The notes beneath the pieces were generated by a model that was given only the letters and a program-made list of their open reading frames with translations, was not told where the DNA came from and did no database searches. Source: Eledone cirrhosa (lineage: Eukaryota). Taken from it: 64,000 bases of DNA. Positions 55,201-64,000 of the stretch are shown piece by piece; position 1 is the first letter of the stretch; each line of letters starts with the position of its first letter. The position numbers and the translations under genes are program-made. Location of the stretch: assembly GCA_964016885.1 (NCBI GenBank), contig OZ024744.1, positions 13,082,001-13,146,000 on the forward strand, in the 5' to 3' direction.

Positions 55201-57700
55201 TCACAACTCCCATACTATGGACATGTGGTTAGAATGTCTCAGTAGATCAGAAAGTCACTCCAGCTAAAGCTACACTCTAAATTGAGATATCACAACTCCA
55301 ATACTATGGACATGTGGTTAGAATGTCTCAGTAGATCAGAGACTCACTCCAGTTAAAGCCACTCTCTAAATTGAGAGATCACAACTCCAATACTATGGAC
55401 ATGGGGTTTGAAAGTCTCATTAGATTAGAGTGTCACTCCAGTTAAAGCTACTCTCTAAATTGAGAGATCACAACTCCAATATTATGGACATGGGGTTTGA
55501 ATGTCTCAGTAGATCAGAGAGTCGCTCAAGTTAAAGCCACTCTGTAAATTGCGAGATCACAACTCCAATACTATGGACATTTGGTTAGAATGTCTCAGTA
55601 GATCAGAGTGTCACTCCAGTTAAAGCCACTCTCTAAATTGAGAGATCACAACTTCCATACTATGGACATGTGGTTAGAATGTCTCAGTAGATCAGAGAGT
55701 AACTCCAGTTAAAGACACTAATTCTCTAAGTTGAGAGATCACAACTCCCATACTATGGACATGGGGTTTGAATGTCTCAGTAGATTAGAGAGTCACTCAA
55801 TTTAAAGCTACTCTCTAAATTGAGATATCACAACTCCCATACTATGGACATGTGTTTAGAATGTCTCAGTAGATCAGAGAGTCACTCCATTTAAAGCTAC
55901 TCTCTAAATTGAGAGATCACAACTCCCATACTATGGACATGTGGTTAGAATGTCTCAGTAGATCTGAGAGTCACTCCAGTTAAAGCCACTCTCTAAATTG
56001 AGAGATCACAACTCCCATACTATGGACATGTGGTTAGAATGTCTCAGTAGATCAGAGAGTCAGTCCAGTTAAAGCCACTCTCTAAATTGAGAGATCACAA
56101 CTCCAATACTATGGACATGGGGTTTGAAAGTCTCAGTAGATTAGAGTGTCACTCCAGTTAAAGCGACTAATTCTCTAAATTGAGAGATCACAACTCCCAT
56201 ACTATGGACATGTGGTTAGAATGTCTCAGTAGATCAGAGAGTCACTCCAGTTAAAGCCACTCTCTAATTTGAGAGATCACAACTTCCATACTATGGACAT
56301 GTGGTTAGAATGTCTCAGTAGATCAGAGAATCACTCCAGTTAAAGCTACTCTCTAAATTGAGAGATCACATCTCCCATACTATGGACATGTGGTTAGAAT
56401 GTCTCAGTAGATCAGAGAGTCACTCCAGTTAAAGCCACTCTCTAAATTGAGAGATCACAACTCCCATACTATGGACATGTGGCTAGAATGTCTCAGTAGA
56501 TCAGAAAGTCACTCCAGCTAAAGCTACACTCTAAATTGAGAGATCACAACTCCTATACTATGGACATAGGGTTAGAATGTCTCAGTAGATCCGAGAGTCG
56601 CTCAAGTTAAAGCCACTCTCTAAATTGAGAGATCACAACTCCAATATTATGGACATGTGGTTAGAATGTCTCAGTAGATCAGAGAGTCACTTCATTTAAA
56701 GCTACTCTCTAAATTGAGAGATCACAACTCCAATACTATGGACATGTGGTTAGAATCTCTCAGTAGATCAGAGAGTCATTCCAGTTAAAGCCACTCTCTA
56801 AATTGAGAGATCACAACTCCCATACTATGGACATGTGGTTAGAATGTCTCAGTAGATCAGAGAGTCAGTCCAGTTAAAGCCACTCTCTAAATTGAGAGAT
56901 CACAACTCCAATACTATGGACATGGGGTTTGAAAGTCTCAGTAGATTAGAGTGTCACTCCAGTTAAAGCGACTAATTCTCTAAATTGAGAGATCACAACT
57001 CCCATACTATGGACATGTGGTTAGAATGTCTCAGTAGATCAGAGAGTCACTCCAGTTAAAGCCACTCACTAATTTGAGAGATCACAACTTCCACACTATG
57101 GACATGTGGTTAGAATGTCTCAGTAGATCAGAGAATCACTCCAGTTAAAGCTACTCTCTAAATTGAGAGATCACATCTCCCATACTATGGACATGTGGTT
57201 AGAATAACTCAGTAGAACAGAGAGTCACTCTTGTTAAAGCCACTCTCTAAATTGAGAGATCACAACTCCCATACTATGGACATGTGGCTAGAATGTCTGA
57301 GTAGATCAGAAAGTCACTCCAGCTAAATCTACACTCTAAATTGAGAGATCACAACTCCTATACTATGGACATAGGGTTAGAATGTCTCAGTAGATCAGAC
57401 AGTCGCTCAAATTAAAGCCACTCTCTAAATTGAGAGATCACAACTCCAATACTATGGACATGTGGTTAGAATGTCTCAGTAGATCAGAGAGTCACTTCAG
57501 TTAAAGCTACTCTCTAAATTGAGAGATCACAACTCCAATACTATGGACATGTGGTTAGAATCTCTCAGTAGATCAGAGAGTCATTCCAGTTAAAGCCACT
57601 CTCTAAATTGAGAGATCACAACTCCCATACTATGGACGTGTGGTTAGAATGTCTCAGTAGATCAGAGAATCACTCCAGTTAAAGCCACTCACTAAATTGA
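52230..57700. repeat. Composite HORs: 25-mer (18+7; 2237 bp) and 28-mer (19+9; 2504 bp)
   Basis: AATAACTCAGTAGAAC at 52462, 54699, 57203 (offsets 2237, 2504). The ACTAATT of GCGACTAATT is at 52230, 53840, 54467, 56166 and 56971 (offsets 1610, 627, 1699, 805). Confidence 0.85.
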
Positions 57701-60700
57701 GAGATCACAACTCCTATACTATGGACATGTGGTTAGAATGTCTCAGTAGAGCAGAAAGTCACTCCAGCTAAAGCTACACTCTAAATTGAGAGATCACAAC
57801 TCCCATACTATGGACATGTGGTTAGAATGTCTCAGTAGATCAGAGAGTCACTCCAGTTAAAGCCACTCTCTAATTTGAGAGATCACAACTTCCACACTAT
57901 GGACATGTTGTTAGAATGTCTCAGTAGATCAGAGAATCACTCCAGTTAAAGCTACTCTCTAAATTGAGAGATCACATCTCCCATACTATGGACATGTGGT
58001 TAGAATGTCTCAGTAGATCAGAGAGTCACTCCAGTTAAAGCCACTCTCTAAATTGAGAGATCACAACTCCCATACTATGGACATGTGGCTAGAATGTCTC
58101 AGTAGATCAGAAAGTCACTCCAGCTAAAGCTACACTCTAAATTGAGAGATCACAACTCCTATACTATGGACATAGGGTTAGAATGTCTCAGTAGATCCGA
58201 GAGTCGCTCAAGTTAAAGCCACTCTCTAAATTGAGAGATCACAACTCCAATATTATGGACATGTGGTTAGAATGTCTCAGTAGATCAGAGAGTCACTTCA
58301 TTTAAAGCTACTCTCTAAATTGAGAGATCACAACTCCAATACTATGGACATGTGGTTAGAATCTCTCAGTAGATCAGAGAGTCATTCCAGTTAAAGCCAC
58401 TCTCTAAATTGAGAGATCACAACTCCCATACTATGGACGTGTGGTTAGAATGTCTCAGTAGATCAGAGAATCACTCCAGTTAAAGCCACTCACTAAATTG
58501 AGAGATCACAACTCCCATACTATGGACATGTGGTTAGAATGTCTCAGTAGATCAGAAAGTCACTCCAGCTACAGCTACACTCTAAATTGAGAGATCACAA
58601 CTCCAATACTATGGACATGTGGTTAGAATGTCTCAGTAGATCAGAGACTCACTCCAGTTAAAGCCACTCTCTAAATTGAGAGATCACAACTCCAATATTA
58701 TGGACATGGGGTTTGAAAATCTCATTAGATTAGAGTGTCACTCCAGTTAAAGCTACTCTCTAAATTGAGAGATCACAACTCCAATACTATGGACATGGGG
58801 TTTGAATGTCTCAGTAGATCAGAGAGTCGCTCAAGTTAAAGCTACTCTGTAAATTGCGAGATCACAACTCCAATACTATGGACATTTGGTTAGAATGTCT
58901 CAGTAGATCAGAGTGTCACTCCAGTTAAAGCCACTCTCTAAATTGAGAGATCACAACTTCCATACTATGGACATGTGGTTAGAATGTCTCAGTAGATCAG
59001 AGAGTAACTCCAGTTAAAGACACTAATTCTCTAAGTTGAGAGATCACAACTCCCATACTATGGACATGGGGTTGGAATGTCTCAGTAGATTAGAGAGTCA
59101 CTCAATTTAAAGCTACTCTCTAAATTGAGATATTACAACTCCCATACTATGGACATGTGTTTAGAATGTCTCAGTAGATCAGAGAGTCACTCCAGTTAAA
59201 GCTACTCTCTAAATTGAGAGATCACAACTCTCATACTATGGACATGTGGTTAGAATGTCTCAGTAGATCAGAGAGTCAGTCCAGTTAAAGCCACTCTCTA
59301 AATTGAGAGATCACAACTCCCATACTATGGACATGGGGTTTGAAAGTCTCAGTAGATTAGAGTGTCACTCCAGTTAAAGCAACTCTCTAAATTGAGAGAT
59401 CACAACTCAAATACTATGGACATGGGGTTTGAATGTCTCAGTAGATCAGAGAGTCGCTCAAGTTAAAGCCACTCTCTAAATTGAGAGATCACAACTCCAA
59501 TACTATGGACATGTGGTTAGAATGTCTCAGTAGATCAGAGATTCACTTCAGTTAAAGCCACTCTCTAAATTAAGAGATCACAACTTCCATACTATGGACA
59601 TGTGGTTAGAACGTCTCAGTAGATCAGAGAGTCACTCCAGTTAAAGCCACTCTCTAAATTGAGAGATCACAACTCCAATACTATGGTAATGTGTTTAGAA
59701 TGTCTCAGAGGATCAGAGAGTCACTCCAGTTAAAGCCACTCTCTAAATCCAGAGATCACAACTCCAACACTATGGACATGGGGTTTGAATGTCTCAGTAG
59801 ATCAGAGTGTCACTCCAGTTAAAGTTACTCTCTAAATTGAGAGATCACAACTCCAATACTATGGACATGTGGTTAGAATGTCTCAGAAGATCAGAGAGTC
59901 ATTCCAGTTAAAGCCACTCTCTAAATTGAGAGATCACAACTCCCGTACTATGGACGTGTGGTTAGAATGTCTCAGTAGATCAGAGAATCACTCCAGTTAA
60001 AGATACTCTCTAAATTGAGAGATCACATCTCCCATACTATGGACATGTGGTTAGAATGTCTCAGTAGATCAGAGAGTCACTCCAGTTAAAGCCACTCTCT
60101 AAATTGAGAGATCACAACTCCCATACTATGGACATGTGGCTAGAATGTCTCAGTAGATCAGAAAGTCACTCCAGCTAAAGCTACACTCTAAATTGAGAGA
60201 TCACAACTCCTATACTATGGACATAGGGTTAGAATGTCTCAGTAGATCCGAGAGTCGCTCAAGTTAAAGCCACTCTCTAAATTGAGAGATCACAACTCCA
60301 ATATTATGGACATGTGGTTAGAATGTCTCAGTAGATCAGAGAGTCACTTCATTTAAAGCTACTCTCTAAATTGAGAGATCACAACTCCAATACTATGGAC
60401 ATGTGGTTAGAATCTCTCAGTAGATCAGAGAGTCATTCCAGTTAAAGCCACTCTCTAAATTGAGAGATCACAACTCCCATACTATGGACATGTGGTTAGA
60501 ATGTCTCAGTAGATCAGAGAGTCAGTCCAGTTAAAGCCACTCTCTAAATTGAGAGATCACAACTCCAATACTATGGACATGGGGTTTGAAAGTCTCAGTA
60601 GATTAGAGTGTCACTCCAGTTAAAGCGACTAATTCTCTAAATTGAGAGATCACAACTCCCATACTATGGACATGTGGTTAGAATGTCTCAGTAGATCAGA

Positions 60701-63700
60701 GAGTCACTCCAGTTAAAGCCACTCTCTAATTTGAGAGATCACAACTTCCACACTATGGACATGTGGTTAGAATGTCTCAGTAGATCAGAGAATCACTCCA
60801 GTTAAAGCTACTCTCTAAATTGAGAGATCACATCTCCCATACTATGGACATGTGGTTAGAATAACTCAGTAGAACAGAGAGTCACTCTTGTTAAAGCCAC
60901 TCTCTAAATTGAGAGATCACAACTCCCATACTATGGACATGTGGCTAGAATGTCTGAGTAGATCAGAAAGTCACTCCAGCTAAATCTACACTCTAAATTG
61001 AGAGATCACAACTCCTATACTATGGACATAGGGTTAGAATGTCTCAGTAGATCAGACAGTCGCTCAAATTAAAGCCACTCTCTAAATTGAGAGATCACAA
61101 CTCCAATACTATGGACATGTGGTTAGAATGTCTCAGTAGATCAGAGAGTCACTTCAGTTAAAGCTACTCTCTAAATTGAGAGATCACAACTCCAATACTA
61201 TGGACATGTGGTTAGAATCTCTCAGTAGATCAGAGAGTCATTCCAGTTAAAGCCACTCTCTAAATTGAGAGATCACAACTCCCATACTATGGACGTGTGG
61301 TTAGAATGTCTCAGTAGATCAGAGAATCACTCCAGTTAAAGCCACTCACTAAATTGAGAGATCACAACTCCTATACTATGGACATGTGGTTAGAATGTCT
61401 CAGTAGAGCAGAAAGTCACTCCAGCTAAAGCTACACTCTAAATTGAGAGATCACAACTCCCATACTATGGACATGTGGTTAGAATGTCTCAGTAGATCAG
61501 AGAGTCACTCCAGTTAAAGCCACTCTCTAATTTGAGAGATCACAACTTCCACACTATGGACATGTTGTTAGAATGTCTCAGTAGATCAGAGAATCACTCC
61601 AGTTAAAGCTACTCTCTAAATTGAGAGATCACATCTCCCATACTATGGACATGTGGTTAGAATGTCTCAGTAGATCAGAGAGTCACTCCAGTTAAAGCCA
61701 CTCTCTAAATTGAGAGATCACAACTCCCATACTATGGACATGTGGCTAGAATGTCTCAGTAGATCAGAAAGTCACTCCAGCTAAAGCTACACTCTAAATT
61801 GAGAGATCACAACTCCTATACTATGGACATAGGGTTAGAATGTCTCAGTAGATCCGAGAGTCGCTCAAGTTAAAGCCACTCTCTAAATTGAGAGATCACA
61901 ACTCCAATATTATGGACATGTGGTTAGAATGTCTCAGTAGATCAGAGAGTCACTTCATTTAAAGCTACTCTCTAAATTGAGAGATCACAACTCCAATACT
62001 ATGGACATGTGGTTAGAATCTCTCAGTAGATCAGAGAGTCATTCCAGTTAAAGCCACTCTCTAAATTGAGAGATCACAACTCCCATACTATGGACGTGTG
62101 GTTAGAATGTCTCAGTAGATCAGAGAATCACTCCAGTTAAAGCCACTCACTAAATTGAGAGATCACAACTCCCATACTATGGACATGTGGTTAGAATGTC
62201 TCAGTAGATCAGAAAGTCACTCCAGCTACAGCTACACTCTAAATTGAGAGATCACAACTCCAATACTATGGACATGTGGTTAGAATGTCTCAGTAGATCA
62301 GAGACTCACTCCAGTTAAAGCCACTCTCTAAATTGAGAGATCACAACTCCAATATTATGGACATGGGGTTTGAAAATCTCATTAGATTAGAGTGTCACTC
62401 CAGTTAAAGCTACTCTCTAAATTGAGAGATCACAACTCCAATACTATGGACATGGGGTTTGAATGTCTCAGTAGATCAGAGAGTCGCTCAAGTTAAAGCT
62501 ACTCTGTAAATTGCGAGATCACAACTCCAATACTATGGACATTTGGTTAGAATGTCTCAGTAGATCAGAGTGTCACTCCAGTTAAAGCCACTCTCTAAAT
62601 TGAGAGATCACAACTTCCATACTATGGACATGTGGTTAGAATGTCTCAGTAGATCAGAGAGTAACTCCAGTTAAAGACACTAATTCTCTAAGTTGAGAGA
62701 TCACAACTCCCATACTATGGACATGGGGTTGGAATGTCTCAGTAGATTAGAGAGTCACTCAATTTAAAGCTACTCTCTAAATTGAGATATTACAACTCCC
62801 ATACTATGGACATGTGTTTAGAATGTCTCAGTAGATCAGAGAGTCACTCCAGTTAAAGCTACTCTCTAAATTGAGAGATCACAACTCTCATACTATGGAC
62901 ATGTGGTTAGAATGTCTCAGTAGATCAGAGAGTCAGTCCAGTTAAAGCCACTCTCTAAATTGAGAGATCACAACTCCCATACTATGGACATGGGGTTTGA
63001 AAGTCTCAGTAGATTAGAGTGTCACTCCAGTTAAAGCAACTCTCTAAATTGAGAGATCACAACTCAAATACTATGGACATGGGGTTTGAATGTCTCAGTA
63101 GATCAGAGAGTCGCTCAAGTTAAAGCCACTCTCTAAATTGAGAGATCACAACTCCAATACTATGGACATGTGGTTAGAATGTCTCAGTAGATCAGAGATT
63201 CACTTCAGTTAAAGCCACTCTCTAAATTAAGAGATCACAACTTCCATACTATGGACATGTGGTTAGAACGTCTCAGTAGATCAGAGAGTCACTCCAGTTA
63301 AAGCCACTCTCTAAATTGAGAGATCACAACTCCAATACTATGGTAATGTGTTTAGAATGTCTCAGAGGATCAGAGAGTCACTCCAGTTAAAGCCACTCTC
63401 TAAATCCAGAGATCACAACTCCAACACTATGGACATGGGGTTTGAATGTCTCAGTAGATCAGAGTGTCACTCCAGTTAAAGTTACTCTCTAAATTGAGAG
63501 ATCACAACTCTAATACTATGGACATGTGGTTAGAATGTCTCAGAAGATCAGAGAGTCATTCCAGTTAAAGCCACTCTCTAAATTGAGAGATCACAACTCC
63601 CGTACTATGGACGTGTGGTTAGAATGTCTCAGTAGATCAGAGAATCACTCCAGTTAAAGATACTCTCTAAATTGAGAGATCACATCTCCCATACTATGGA

Positions 63701-63727
63701 CATGTGGTTAGAATGTCTCAGTAGATC
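56350..63727. repeat. Near-identical tandem duplication of a 41-monomer unit (3657 bp)
   Basis: Offset 3657 = 41 x 89 + 8 for the rare variants GTAGAGCAG (GCAG at 57751/61408), AATAACTC (57203/60860) and AAATCCAGAG (59745/63402). Confidence 0.93.
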
Positions 63728-64000
63728 AGGGAGTCATTCTTTTTAAAGCTACTCTCTAAATTGAGAGATCACAACTCCCATACTATGGACCTGTGGTTAG
63801 AATGTCTCAGTAGATCAGAGAATCATTCCAGTTAAAGCTACTCTCTAAATTGAGATATCACAACTCCCATACTATGGACATGTGTTTAGAATGTCTCAGT
63901 AGATCAGAGAGTCACTCCAGTTAAAGCTACTCTCTAAATTGAGAGATCACAACTCCCATACTATGGACATGTGGTTAGAATGTCTCAGTAGATCAGAGAG

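Larger units (their letters stand above)
1..64000. repeat. Tandem satellite array, 89-bp monomer, about 719 copies, single orientation, runs off both window ends
   Basis: GGAC anchor at 90, 179, 268, 357, 446 (period 89). The same consensus is seen to base 64000. Monomers usually differ from the consensus by a few substitutions, with rare indels (-1, -2, +1, +2, +3, +4). No non-repeat sequence was found. Confidence 0.99.

Noticed and set aside
1-64000. CRISPR-like array (regular period, palindromic repeat)
   Set aside because: There are no unique spacers, since the entire 89 bp is repeated. There is also no leader and no cas genes.
1-64000. CENP-B box, or identity with alpha satellite or Arabidopsis CEN178
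   Set aside because: No TTCG-N4-A-N2-CGGG motif was seen and the consensus lacks CpG. I see no recognisable similarity, and the 2 x 89 = 178 match is length only.
1-64000. 178-bp dimeric HOR (A/B alternation)
   Set aside because: Diagnostic alleles do not alternate, and many observed periods are odd (7, 9, 19, 25, 27, 33, 41, 49).
1-64000. Tandem tRNA, 5S or snRNA gene array, or embedded transposon or inversion
   Set aside because: There is no cloverleaf or recognisable Pol III A/B boxes. No non-monomer sequence, target-site duplication or reverse-strand monomers were seen on read-through.

Overview
The whole 64 kb window is one uninterrupted, single-orientation tandem satellite array of about 719 head-to-tail copies of an 89-bp monomer. 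The consensus read from the sequence is GGACATGTGGTTAGAATGTCTCAGTAGATCAGAGAGTCACTCCAGTTAAAGCYACTCTCTAAATTGAGAGATCACAACTCCMATACTAT (about 40% GC, no CpG). I see no genes, RNA genes, transposon insertions, CRISPR spacers or strand switches, and the two ORFs are chance read-throughs of variant monomers. This looks like eukaryotic, possibly (peri)centromeric, satellite DNA; I cannot assign the organism or family. The informative structure lies in the variants. (1) Nested higher-order repeats (HORs) and recent block duplications span 7, 9, 10, 18, 19, 25, 27, 28, 33, 41 and 49 monomers. (2) Two variant subfamilies occupy the left (about 1-19 kb) and right (about 23-64 kb) of the window, with a transition between them. 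(3) The monomer is built from several short dyads, and some recurrent variants perfect those dyads. (4) There are traces of an older, shorter subrepeat inside the 89-mer. Offsets were measured by hand from marker variants, and block boundaries are approximate.
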